NCBI GenBank assembly: GCA_041739665.1
Contig: JBGSNK010000062.1
Span: forward strand, 18,063-82,062
Direction: 5' to 3'
Length of the DNA stretch: 64,000 bases
From: Bdellovibrionales bacterium
GTDB taxonomy: Bacteria; Bdellovibrionota; Bdellovibrionia; Bdellovibrionales; JAGQZY01
Below the pieces are notes generated by a model that worked only from the letters and a program-made list of their open reading frames with translations, did not search any database and was not told the DNA's origin. Positions 9,429-18,666 of the stretch are shown here, in pieces. Made by a program: the position numbers and the translations under genes. The first letter of the stretch is position 1, and each line of letters begins with the position of its first letter.

Positions 9429-10320
9429 ACCTGCAAAAATTTTATGTGTCGACGATGAGCCCGATATTCTCGAGGCGCTTGAGCGTACTTTGCGTCGCCG
9501 CTTTCAAGTTTTATGTGCTGAAGATGCCAAATCAGCCCGAGCGCTTTTGCAAGCCCATCCTGACGTAAGTGTTATTATTTGCGATCATTTTCTTGGAAAT
9601 CAGACCGGTGTTGATTTTTTAGCTGACTCGCAAAAGTTATCACCCCTTTCTAGCCGAGTCTTACTCTCAGGACAAATCGAGCTCAAAAGCCTAGAAGAAG
9701 CCATTAACTCGGCTAAAATCCACAAATTTATTGCGAAACCCTGGGAAAACGATCAACTTCTATTGCAAATTATCGAAGCCTTTAAAACTCATAAGCAACT
9801 TGTCGAACAAGAGCAACTTAAAATCCTATCGATCACCGATCCTGTCACTCAGCTTACCAATCACCGTTTTTTCCAAGAAAAAATTCGCCTCGAGTGGGAT
9901 AAGAGCCGTCAGAAGCAAACACCTCTTTCTTTGGTTATGATCGATATTGATCATTTTAAAAAATTTAATGACCGCTTTGGACATCCCGAGGGCGATCGTT
10001 TTTTAGCTCACGTAGCTGAAACCCTCAAGGCTGCGAGTCCAGACGGATCAAGCCTGTCGCGCTACGGGGGTGAGGAGTTTTCTTTGATACTTCCAAAATG
10101 TGATTCGCAAACAGCTCTGGCCTTCGCTGAAATTTTGCGTAAATCCATTCTTGAAACTAATTTCAACAACTATCCTCTGAGCATAAGTCTAGGTGTCGCC
10201 ACATACCCAGATCACGCCAGCAGCGTGAATGAGTTGATTCTCAGTGCTGACCAATCCCTTTTTCAAGCTAAACGACGAGGTCGTAACCAGACAGTTGTGG
10301 GTTTAGCTTATCAAGACTAA
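9415..10320 (+). CDS. Response-regulator receiver + GGDEF diguanylate cyclase
   Basis: 301 aa. Receiver residues are present (CVDDEPD, IICDHFL, FIAKPW). The GGDEF domain has an intact GGEEF (RYGGEEFSLILP). It overlaps the upstream SBP gene by 14 nt. Confidence 0.85.
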   Translation: MTEDKPAKILCVDDEPDILEALERTLRRRFQVLCAEDAKSARALLQAHPDVSVIICDHFLGNQTGVDFLADSQKLSPLSSRVLLSGQIELKSLEEAINSAKIHKFIAKPWENDQLLLQIIEAFKTHKQLVEQEQLKILSITDPVTQLTNHRFFQEKIRLEWDKSRQKQTPLSLVMIDIDHFKKFNDRFGHPEGDRFLAHVAETLKAASPDGSSLSRYGGEEFSLILPKCDSQTALAFAEILRKSILETNFNNYPLSISLGVATYPDHASSVNELILSADQSLFQAKRRGRNQTVVGLAYQD

Positions 10321-10329
10321 AATAAAAGA

Positions 10330-11286
10330 ATGAAAAGAAAAGATCTGTATATTGTCCTTGTGAGCCTATTTTCCGTCATAGCTGTTGATCAGGCCTCAAA
10401 GCATCTTATTCTCAGCTTTAACCCACGCCTCAACTGGGAGTTTCTCCACATATATCTTCACTTTAACAAAGGAGCCATGCTTGGTCTTTTTTCAGACCTA
10501 CCTCCTGTACTTCGAATAGTATCGCTCTCAACAGGCGGAGCATTTTTACTGTTCTCTTTTGTTATTTTTCAATATCTATTACCCACTCGGTCTATTAGTT
10601 TGCGTCTCGGTATGTCTATTTTGATTGGCGGAATTCTTGGCAATGTTATCGACCGTATTGTCTGGGGACATGTCGTTGATTTTATTATTATCGGAAACGA
10701 AAAACTGAGTACTGGCGTTTTTAACTTAGCTGATGCTTTACAGTGGCTGGGCTACTCTCTGATGGGGCACGCCCTTTTGCGCGACAAAGACAATCTATGG
10801 CCTAAGGAAAATCTACGCAAGGTCGCCTGGATTCACCCTTCTTTTCAATTGCGCTATTGTTATATTCTTGTCACCTGTGGTCTGGGCTTCTCTTTAGTTT
10901 CTGGCGTGTTCTCATACACATTTCTTCGTTTCGTAGTCATTGATCTAATTGGGAACAATCCAAAATTACTCGATCAATTTCTAGTTCCATTCTTACTTAC
11001 GTTCTCAATTGTCAGCTTAGCTTTTGCCGCCTTTCTATTTATGGTCGGCAAACAACTCTCACACCGAATCGTGGGACCCGTTTATGCTTTCGAAAAATTT
11101 ATAGATAGCTATATCAACGGTCACTATTACAAACTACGACTTCGAAAAGGGGATGAGTTTCCAGAGCTCGAAGAGTTAGCAGAGAAAATCGCAAAAGAAC
11201 TTCGCGCGGTGGATGAGGTCAAATGTCTTCCCATCTTACCCAATGGAAGTGCAGAACCACTTGATCCAGAAATCAAGTCTTCTTAA
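10330..11286 (+). CDS. lspA: Lipoprotein signal peptidase (SPase II) fused to a C-terminal 2-TM + HAMP-like module
   Basis: 318 aa. Residues 1-150 carry LspA motifs (DQASK, NKGAMLG, GGILGNVIDR, VVDFI, FNLADA). Residues about 170-318 add two TM helices and the HAMP-type signature SHRIVGPVYAFEKFI...LRLRKGDEFPELEELA. Confidence 0.8.
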   Translation: MKRKDLYIVLVSLFSVIAVDQASKHLILSFNPRLNWEFLHIYLHFNKGAMLGLFSDLPPVLRIVSLSTGGAFLLFSFVIFQYLLPTRSISLRLGMSILIGGILGNVIDRIVWGHVVDFIIIGNEKLSTGVFNLADALQWLGYSLMGHALLRDKDNLWPKENLRKVAWIHPSFQLRYCYILVTCGLGFSLVSGVFSYTFLRFVVIDLIGNNPKLLDQFLVPFLLTFSIVSLAFAAFLFMVGKQLSHRIVGPVYAFEKFIDSYINGHYYKLRLRKGDEFPELEELAEKIAKELRAVDEVKCLPILPNGSAEPLDPEIKSS

Positions 11287-11294
11287 AAGAGTCC

Positions 11295-12140
11295 TCAGGG
11301 TATAACTTCGGCTTCACTGAGTTTTTTAAGATAAAATCGTTTGCTTGGACCCGGCTCTCCTGGATCTAAAGCCACCATAAAATCGCCAGTGGGACTGCAA
11401 ACAATAGACAGGGGTTGAACGACTCTTTTTTTCCCCTTGTTAGAGCCACCTTGATAAACAATTTCTAAATTTTTTCTTGTCTCGATAGCGAGTATGACTT
11501 TTTGCCAAGTTTGGTTGACTATAGCTTTTCCTTTGAGCGAAAAATCCTGCCACCACAAAGGCTGCCCTTGCAATTTAAAGATCTCGGCAAAAGTATTTAA
11601 ACCCTTGCGCTTCACACATTCAAAAAATAATTGCAAACAAGCATGGGCATCATCGAGAGCCCTGTGAGCCTGACCGCCATCTAGGTTTAAGTACTTCACA
11701 AGTGTTTGTAACTTATGGTTGGGAGGACCGATAATCGCCTTGCGAGCCAAAAGACTGCTGCAAAAAGCTGGCTGATCGGGGAGTCGCATCCCGAGTTTTT
11801 CTAAATCGTAAACCAAAAATCCCAAATCAAATGGAGAGTGGTGCCCCACAATCATTGCATCTCCAATAAAGGCCATAAAGTTGGCAAGAACATCCTCTAT
11901 AGGTGGTGCTTGTTCCACCATCTCATTGGTGATGCCGTGTATTCCAATTACAAAATCAGACATTTTTTCTTTGGGTTTGACGAGGACTTGAAAGGTGTCG
12001 ACAACTTTTCCGTCGAGTGACTTCACAGCAGCCAATTCGCAAAGGTCATCTTGCATGGGATACTGACCACTGGTTTCGGTATCGATGGCCACGATGGGGT
12101 GGGAGCGCCAATCTTGTGGCAAAAGGCTTTGATCTTTCAT
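11295..12140 (-). CDS. DEDDh 3'-5' exonuclease (DnaQ/epsilon-like) with C-terminal WYL-like domain
   Basis: Exo motifs are present: I AIDTETSG, II VGHHSPFDLGFL, III HRALDDAHA. The C-terminal ~90 aa (LEIVYQGGSNKGKKRVVQPLSIV...RFYLKKLSEAEV) fits a WYL-like pattern. The ATG at 12140 is preferred; the ORF track starts at a TTG at 12158. Confidence 0.75.
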   Translation of the reverse strand: MKDQSLLPQDWRSHPIVAIDTETSGQYPMQDDLCELAAVKSLDGKVVDTFQVLVKPKEKMSDFVIGIHGITNEMVEQAPPIEDVLANFMAFIGDAMIVGHHSPFDLGFLVYDLEKLGMRLPDQPAFCSSLLARKAIIGPPNHKLQTLVKYLNLDGGQAHRALDDAHACLQLFFECVKRKGLNTFAEIFKLQGQPLWWQDFSLKGKAIVNQTWQKVILAIETRKNLEIVYQGGSNKGKKRVVQPLSIVCSPTGDFMVALDPGEPGPSKRFYLKKLSEAEVIP

Positions 12141-12262
12141 TTTTTTTTTGTAGCGCAATCGACGCTAAAATCCAATGAATATCCCTAGGATCATGAGCAA
12201 AACCTCCTCAATTGGGCACGTTCAGATTGTCAGCCCCGCCGAAAGGGGCTATAGTTTTGAAT

Positions 12263-13846
12263 ATGAAAACTGGCCTCGCTCTCTTGATCCTCATCTCTTC
12301 AAGCCTACTTTACGGCAACAACCAGGACCTCTCTCAACTCAACCCTATGACGGCTCGCGCTTTTTTAGTGAATAAAGAGATTCAACTCGGAAAACTTTCT
12401 GACCTGCAAATTGAATTGAGCTTAAAAGAGGGCTTTTTCGCATATGAAGACCGTTTTAGATTAGAAGTCTTGGAGCCCGAAGGGATTGCCACAGGTGAAC
12501 TCTTTATTGACCCGATTGTGGAATTTGACGATAAAATTAGTAAAAAGAAAAAGCGTGGTGTTCATCTTGCAGCCACTCTCAAAACACAATTGGATATACC
12601 CGCCCGCTTGAGTGCAGATGTGACACAATTAAAGTTGAAACTGACTTATATTGCCTGTACGGAAAAGTTTTGCCTCACTCCCCGCGACTTAAATCTCTCG
12701 ACTAACGTGATTATCCAAGAAGCTGAACTGGAGAACGTGGCATCTTCAGCTTTTATAGAGAGAAAAATTGACGACAACTTAATTTATGCTTTGATACTCA
12801 TTTTCTTCTTCGGAGTTCTCACATCTCTCACCCCATGTGTGTATCCGTTGATTCCAATAACATTGGCAGTTTTAGGAGCCAACAAAGATAAAACTCGACT
12901 CACATCTTTTATGGTTAGCCTTTCCTACGTTTTTGGAATTGGCATTACCTATGCCCTTCTAGGAGTTGTGGCTGCGCAGACTGGGCAGCTTTTTGGTTCT
13001 TTGATTAGTCATCCACTTGTTGTTCTTTCCATGAGCTTGGTATTTTTCTTAATGGGCCTCAGCCTCTTGGGTTTATTTGAAATTCAGCCTCCTAACTTTA
13101 TTCGCAAGCGCATGAATCAAACACAAACTCAGAAAGGGTACCTTGGAGCCTTTATTTCAGGCCTTTTAGCTGGAGTCATTGCTAGCCCCTGTGTTGGCCC
13201 TGTGCTTGTTGGTGTATTGGCCTATATTGCAAAAAGTCAGAATAGCCTGTTGGGCTTCATCCTTCTCTTCACCTTTGCCATGGGTTTTGGAGTCCTGTTT
13301 ATTATTCTTGGAACTTTTAGCCAGCTCAGTGGCAAACTCCCTCGCTCGGGGGCCTGGATGAATGGAATCAAAACAATTTTGGCTCTCGTCCTCTTTGCCT
13401 TATCCTTTTACTATGCCGCCCCACTTTTCAAACAGCTTTTTCCCCAATCTGTTACGACCCAGGAAGAAACGGCCGGCGTGATTTGGCAAAAATACTCGGA
13501 AAAAAAGGTATCTGAAGCGCGGGCACAAAAGAAACCGGTTATCATAGATTTCTATGCGGACTGGTGTGTGGCTTGTGTCGAGATGGACCAACTGACTTTT
13601 AACAAGCAAGAAGTCATGGAGTTGAGTAAAGAATTTGTCATGTTGAAAATTGATGCCACCTTACCTTCAAAGCAAATCAACGAATGGCAGAAGATTTACA
13701 AAGTATATGGCCTTCCCACCATGATTTTTATTGATGACAAGGGTAAAATTCGGGAAGACCTGGTTTTGACCGGTTTTGAAGAAGCCCCAGAGTTTGCAGA
13801 GCGAATGAAGAAAGTCCTCCCCCAAAAGGTGGATTCACCAAAGTGA
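12263..13846 (+). CDS. dsbD: Thiol:disulfide interchange protein DsbD (cytochrome-c-biogenesis-type membrane core + C-terminal thioredoxin)
   Basis: Signal peptide starting at MKTGLALLIL (ATG 12263; the ORF track begins at 12212). N-terminal domain with CTEKFC, a multi-TM core with LTPCVYPLIP and ASPCVGP, and a C-terminal thioredoxin fold with WCVAC. Confidence 0.8.
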   Translation: MKTGLALLILISSSLLYGNNQDLSQLNPMTARAFLVNKEIQLGKLSDLQIELSLKEGFFAYEDRFRLEVLEPEGIATGELFIDPIVEFDDKISKKKKRGVHLAATLKTQLDIPARLSADVTQLKLKLTYIACTEKFCLTPRDLNLSTNVIIQEAELENVASSAFIERKIDDNLIYALILIFFFGVLTSLTPCVYPLIPITLAVLGANKDKTRLTSFMVSLSYVFGIGITYALLGVVAAQTGQLFGSLISHPLVVLSMSLVFFLMGLSLLGLFEIQPPNFIRKRMNQTQTQKGYLGAFISGLLAGVIASPCVGPVLVGVLAYIAKSQNSLLGFILLFTFAMGFGVLFIILGTFSQLSGKLPRSGAWMNGIKTILALVLFALSFYYAAPLFKQLFPQSVTTQEETAGVIWQKYSEKKVSEARAQKKPVIIDFYADWCVACVEMDQLTFNKQEVMELSKEFVMLKIDATLPSKQINEWQKIYKVYGLPTMIFIDDKGKIREDLVLTGFEEAPEFAERMKKVLPQKVDSPK

Positions 13847-13856
13847 GCGACAAAAC

Positions 13857-14270
13857 TTATTTATTTTTTAATTTTTCCACTTCTTCTACGATTTGCTCAA
13901 TAATGCCTCGGTAGGACATGAGCGTCATTTGCTTCTCAGACAAAGCTTTTTGAAGGGTGTTTAGCCTATTTTCAAATTGGGCAAGACTTGTATTGAATCG
14001 ATCGACCATTGACTCGACTTGTCCCTCACTGACTTGTTGCTGCCTGATCTTTTCTTCTATCTTTTGATTATTACGATTTTGTATAAGTTGATGATCGCGC
14101 AATTCTTTTTCAAGCTCACTAATTGCTTTAGAAAAAAGATCTGTACGTTTTTCATGGCCCTGATTCAAATGTTTCATTTGAGAATGCAGAACCTCGACCA
14201 TGCTTTCAAGATGAGAGACTTTTTTCTTAGTTTCCTTGAGATCGGTTTCAAGCTTTCTGGTGGCCACCAT
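13857..14270 (-). CDS. Hypothetical coiled-coil protein
   Basis: The ORF runs to 14345 with a TTG start. The internal ATG at 14270 is preceded by GGAG 6 nt upstream. The sequence is heptad-rich and K/E/Q-rich, with no recognised family. Confidence 0.5.
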   Translation of the reverse strand: MVATRKLETDLKETKKKVSHLESMVEVLHSQMKHLNQGHEKRTDLFSKAISELEKELRDHQLIQNRNNQKIEEKIRQQQVSEGQVESMVDRFNTSLAQFENRLNTLQKALSEKQMTLMSYRGIIEQIVEEVEKLKNK

Positions 14271-14416
14271 AGAGGCTCCAGGATGCGTCAAATCTTCTGA
14301 ATTTGAGTTGAGATGAAAAAGCTCTGGATTCAAGCGTCGGTTCAAGGGTAGCCACCTTTAGTGTTCGACATTTTAGTGGACGGGGTCCTCAATTACCCCT
14401 ATCCTTTTAATAGGTT

Positions 14417-15358
14417 ATGAATACAACCACGCATCTTGCAAGACATATGTTATCCTTTCAGCCCAACAAGGACGCTGCGCGTCTTTGTTTTTACCACTAT
14501 CTTATTCATCACTGTGATCCTGAGACACCATTGAGCCCCCAGCTTTTTGAAAATTTTTGTCGGATGTCTCTGGTTCATGAGCATTGGCAGAACAACAGCA
14601 CTCACCTCAGCCAAGAGCTTCAGTATATCATTCAACATTACAACGAAACTTTTCTCCTCGACTGGAGTTTAAAAGACTTTGTCTTTCCCGATTACTGGCA
14701 AGTGATTCCTATCAAGAACAGTATTGAGGGTATTTATATATTTGAGAAATGGCTCGATCGCACTTCGCCCGAGGGGACTAAAAAGCGTGTTGTCTTTACG
14801 AAAGACAAAAACTACCTGCTTCTTTTGCAAAACTTGGATCAGAGCTTGTCTGTGATTCACGCCTCTCCACTGATGTTGATTCGCAAGGGAGAGCTTGAGC
14901 CCCTGACCATGGCTATTCGACTGGAGTACAACGAAAATTTAGAGTTAAAAACCAACACAACACAGTATCTTAAGGTTGACCAACACACCTACGCACGCTT
15001 TCGTATGGAGCAAAAGAAGCTAACGGGAATGATCATTCGCGGTTATATTTTCCAAAATCAAATGGAGGCCAGTGGACGCCTCAACCAATACCCAAAGCTT
15101 TATTATCCTCTCAAAAAGTTAGAGCAATATTTTATCGACCGAAAATCTGACCCCGATTACCTGGAACTGGTTGAAGTTTTAGAAAAGGCGGTTGAACTGT
15201 TTCGAATTCACCATCCCGAGGCTCGAAGCTTTGGAGAGGCAGCCTGGAATCGCGGTCAGGATGCCCTTGGAAACATTTTTATCAATGACAATGTCATCGC
15301 TGCCTTGGTAGACCAGTTGGGCCAGCATTTTAGCCCCAATCAAAGGTTTGATTCATGA
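14417..15358 (+). CDS. Hypothetical protein (313 aa), translationally coupled to rluB
   Basis: Long ORF whose stop overlaps the rluB start (ATGA). No motif recognised. Confidence 0.5.
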   Translation: MNTTTHLARHMLSFQPNKDAARLCFYHYLIHHCDPETPLSPQLFENFCRMSLVHEHWQNNSTHLSQELQYIIQHYNETFLLDWSLKDFVFPDYWQVIPIKNSIEGIYIFEKWLDRTSPEGTKKRVVFTKDKNYLLLLQNLDQSLSVIHASPLMLIRKGELEPLTMAIRLEYNENLELKTNTTQYLKVDQHTYARFRMEQKKLTGMIIRGYIFQNQMEASGRLNQYPKLYYPLKKLEQYFIDRKSDPDYLELVEVLEKAVELFRIHHPEARSFGEAAWNRGQDALGNIFINDNVIAALVDQLGQHFSPNQRFDS

Positions 15359-16146
15359 ATGACAATGCCCCCAAATCAACAACACCCCACCTGATTCGCC
15401 TTAATAAGTTTTTAGCCGACCATGGGGTCGCCAGTCGACGCAAAGCCGACGAGATCATTGACGAGGGACAGGTTCAAGTCAATGGACGCAAAGTTTTTGA
15501 GCTCGGCTTTAAAATCAACCCAGAGACCGACTCCGTAAAAGTCAAAGGCAAACCTATTGTAACCAAACCCCAGCCTTTGTACTTTGTGTTTAATAAACCA
15601 CGCAATGTTGTCACCACGACATCAGACCCCCAAGGGCGCCCTATTGTTCTCGATTATTTTAAAAAAATTAAAAAGCGAATCTTCCCAGTGGGACGCCTTG
15701 ACTGGGACACTGAAGGTTTGTTGTTAATCACTAATGACGGAGATTTCGCCAATGAAATCACCAACCCCAACTCTAATATCACAAAAACCTATCACGCCAA
15801 ACTTGACGGTATCCCAACTGATGCAAAACTGGAGAAGCTCAAGAGAGGTGTAAGCATTATTGGTGGAAAAGTTCGTGCGGTTCACTCGAAACGACTCAAT
15901 AAGGGTTCGAATAAAAAAGACTGGATTGAAATCACTATTGCCGAGGGTAAGAACCGCCAGGTTCGAAAAATGTTCGAAAAAATTGGCTTCTCTGTAGTAA
16001 AACTCAAGCGAGTTTCTATTGGTGAGTTGAAACTTGGAGCTTTAAAGGCTGGCGACTACCGCCCCTTGACCACAAAGGATCTCGAGAAAATTTTTGCCAA
16101 ACGACGTAAGAAAGCCGAAAAAGAAGCCGGCACTAAAAACAGTTAA
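15355..16146 (+). CDS. rluB: 23S rRNA pseudouridine synthase, RsuA/RluB family
   Basis: N-terminal S4 domain (IRLNKFLADHGVASRRKADEII), catalytic GRLDWDTEGLLLITNDGDFAN, and a basic C-terminal tail. Confidence 0.85.
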   Translation: MNDNAPKSTTPHLIRLNKFLADHGVASRRKADEIIDEGQVQVNGRKVFELGFKINPETDSVKVKGKPIVTKPQPLYFVFNKPRNVVTTTSDPQGRPIVLDYFKKIKKRIFPVGRLDWDTEGLLLITNDGDFANEITNPNSNITKTYHAKLDGIPTDAKLEKLKRGVSIIGGKVRAVHSKRLNKGSNKKDWIEITIAEGKNRQVRKMFEKIGFSVVKLKRVSIGELKLGALKAGDYRPLTTKDLEKIFAKRRKKAEKEAGTKNS

Positions 16147-16270
16147 AATACAGGTCAAATTCACTCTTCCTTTCACCTCATGACCCCAAACCTTCACTGC
16201 TTTACTCTATAATTTTTTTAAAAATCCACTTTCATCTGGCATATATTTTGTGTCTAGTCTTTATATCGGT

Positions 16271-17089
16271 ATGCCTTCTATTCAATTATTTTTTCTTATT
16301 CTTTTGGGAATTTTCGGAACCTCAGTGAGCAAGGCTAATGTCATTTGTTCTCATGTATTCGACCATAGAGCTATATTAAATTCTACCGATAGTCTGGACT
16401 CTCCCTTGGCGAAATCCCTGCAGCAATTAGAAGTACGTCTCATTCGCACAAAAGAACTTTTTGACTTAGCTTCAAATGAACTACACCGCAAAGTATTGAA
16501 ATTAGAGAGAGTATTCTCAAAGTCCCTGGACCGCTTTCACGAAAGTGGAGAATTATCCGATAATGAACTTGAAAAAATCATCACTCTCTCTGAAGAGCTT
16601 TACGCCTTAGAAGCTCAACTCAATGACCTAGAATTAGCCGCATCTTTAGATCCTTTACGGTTGCGCCGAATTTTGTTTACTGGCGAAAATATTGACACCA
16701 ACAAGGTTTACCATGCGTTAGATCTTCCTGGTTTTGGTCCGACAAAGTTTTATTTCTCAAAAAGTACTGCTGATTTTTTTAATAAACCTGGCCTCGGAAG
16801 AGACTTTTACTTTCCCAATATTTTTAAGGGAGCTGTAGCGAAACAGGGGCATAGTGGCCTCAAGCCCTTGGCTTTAAAAACACTTGTTAATCAAAAGAAT
16901 ATTGAGTGGCGGGTTATGGAGCTTAAAGTTATGGGCAAAGAGTGGAGAGTTGCTGCGATCGTCCGAGAAGGTGAAGTTCATTTTTATAAAGTTTTTTTGA
17001 ATCACAATCGTGTGGACTATATCCAAAAAGAAAATATTTTAAGGGATTTTTTACTCCACCACTACAGCAATAGTTCCCAGGATTCATGA
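16271..17089 (+). CDS. Hypothetical secreted protein
   Basis: The ORF track starts at a GTG at 16250. The ATG at 16271 gives a classical signal peptide (MPSIQLFFLILLGIFGTSVSKA). The middle is coiled-coil, and the C-terminal ~60 aa (WRVMELKVMGKEWRVAAIVREGEVHFYKVF) is only vaguely RelE/ParE-like. Confidence 0.5.
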   Translation: MPSIQLFFLILLGIFGTSVSKANVICSHVFDHRAILNSTDSLDSPLAKSLQQLEVRLIRTKELFDLASNELHRKVLKLERVFSKSLDRFHESGELSDNELEKIITLSEELYALEAQLNDLELAASLDPLRLRRILFTGENIDTNKVYHALDLPGFGPTKFYFSKSTADFFNKPGLGRDFYFPNIFKGAVAKQGHSGLKPLALKTLVNQKNIEWRVMELKVMGKEWRVAAIVREGEVHFYKVFLNHNRVDYIQKENILRDFLLHHYSNSSQDS

Positions 17090-17299
17090 GCCCATTTCCT
17101 CATAATCCTGTGTTTTAGAAAATTGCGCTGCCCAATTTTTAGAAGTTCACCATCTCTCACCACTTGCTCAAGACTGCAAAGTTGAACTGGAGAACCTAAT
17201 CTTGTAAAAAAGTGCTTCTTTTTTAAAGCCTTCTTCATTTTTTATATATTATTTTCACATTATAGTGCCTGTCCATTTAAACTATATTAAGAACTTTCA

Positions 17300-18205
17300 A
17301 TGCGAAATTTAGTTATGTTATTAGCCGTGGTCGTGGGTGCCCCAGCGTTTGGAGCCACATCTCCAGATCTAGCCCCTTTTCATCAACTGTTTCAAAATGG
17401 GGAGCTGCACGCGGGTTTCGGATTAGCAAGGGATTTAATTGCCCATGTTTATCAAGGTCGACGTTTTGCACCCCGTGATTATGACTTTGCTGTAATCGGC
17501 ACCAACTGGAGCGAAGAAGAGGCCGAACTCATCTTGTCCCAATATGGAAAAGTGATAAAAAAAATACAGATGAGCCGCGAGGTGATCAAGCCTAGTGGAC
17601 GTGTGTTTTCCTATCACTACGGTTTTGTCATCATTATCGACTATTTGGGGACACAAGTGGATTTTAAATTCTTCAACAGTCTAGAAGACGCCCACACCCG
17701 AGGACTTTATAATGTTGAGAAAATCCTTTTTCCAATGGCCGGAAGATCTATTGAGGAACTAATTTCCGATACCGAAAAAATTCGAAGAGACGGACGCACC
17801 CCCAATTCTTTAGAAGTTTCCGATCCCCATGATGGAATCACTGCCATTCTTCAAAAAAGTCCTATCACGGTCAATTGGGCCAAAGCCAAAGCCTCTCCGC
17901 TCGACTGGTTGATCCGTGGTGCGATGATCTACGCCAAGATGGGCGTACCTAAACTAGCTCCTCAAGAAATCGAACAAATGAAAGAGGCCGTGCGCTCCGT
18001 GCAGTTTATGTTGAAGAGTGATTACGCCCTTATCGACCGAGCCATCGCCCACAAACGTTGGTGGCATGTCCGCGAACTCTTAGAGTCTGTTAATTTTTTT
18101 GACCACATTCAGACATGGCGCTGGAGTGAGCCCGTCCGAGCAAGGGTACAAGAGTGGAGGTTACAGCCCCGAGAATCACTTTTCTGTCGTGCTGTTTTTA
18201 TTTAG
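17300..18205 (+). CDS. Hypothetical secreted protein with Pol-beta-type nucleotidyltransferase-like motif
   Basis: Signal peptide MRNLVMLLAVVVGAPAFGA. It then has GFGLARDLI...PRDYDFAVIG, which resembles the hG[GS]...DxD head of CCA-adding/poly(A) polymerase-type NTases. The rest is unassigned. Confidence 0.45.
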   Translation: MRNLVMLLAVVVGAPAFGATSPDLAPFHQLFQNGELHAGFGLARDLIAHVYQGRRFAPRDYDFAVIGTNWSEEEAELILSQYGKVIKKIQMSREVIKPSGRVFSYHYGFVIIIDYLGTQVDFKFFNSLEDAHTRGLYNVEKILFPMAGRSIEELISDTEKIRRDGRTPNSLEVSDPHDGITAILQKSPITVNWAKAKASPLDWLIRGAMIYAKMGVPKLAPQEIEQMKEAVRSVQFMLKSDYALIDRAIAHKRWWHVRELLESVNFFDHIQTWRWSEPVRARVQEWRLQPRESLFCRAVFI

Positions 18206-18288
18206 TGCCCCAACCAAGGGGCAGCGACACAGTTTCGCGGCCAATGAACAGGAGTCCCCACAAAAAGTCAGATTTCTGCAGCCGACAG

Positions 18289-18666
18289 TCATGGACTAAG
18301 ATCACGGGGCCGCTTCTTTTTCTGGGATTCCTCATCGGAGACTTCATTGTTTTTAGACTCGTCATTTTCTTCCTCAATTTCATAGTCTTGAGGCTGCAGG
18401 TAGGTAGAGCCAGTATAGGGAGCGGAACCTAAGACATCGGAGGTTCCAGAGTCTTTTGTATCTGATTGCGAGTCCTTCTCTTGAACTTGCGTTTTAGAAT
18501 TATTGGGTTCGGCAGTAAAATTCTCATTTTTTTGTGATGCTGAGACATCCACAGAGGGCAGGCCGATGGATGGCTCATCTATGCTAATATTTTCTATCAC
18601 AATACCATTGTTTAAGGGGTCATTTGCCCAAATGAGGCACACACTGAACAACAGATCCCATATCAT
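18289..18666 (-). CDS. Hypothetical acidic secreted protein
   Basis: 125 aa with an N-terminal hydrophobic segment and a D/E/S-rich body. There is a 4-nt overlap with the upstream ORF. Confidence 0.4.
   Translation of the reverse strand: MIWDLLFSVCLIWANDPLNNGIVIENISIDEPSIGLPSVDVSASQKNENFTAEPNNSKTQVQEKDSQSDTKDSGTSDVLGSAPYTGSTYLQPQDYEIEEENDESKNNEVSDEESQKKKRPRDLSP

Noticed and set aside
12175-12375. 66-aa ORF and the extended 12212 start of dsbD.
   Set aside because: The Met at 12263 gives a canonical signal peptide. The upstream extension and the overlapping small ORF add no recognisable features.
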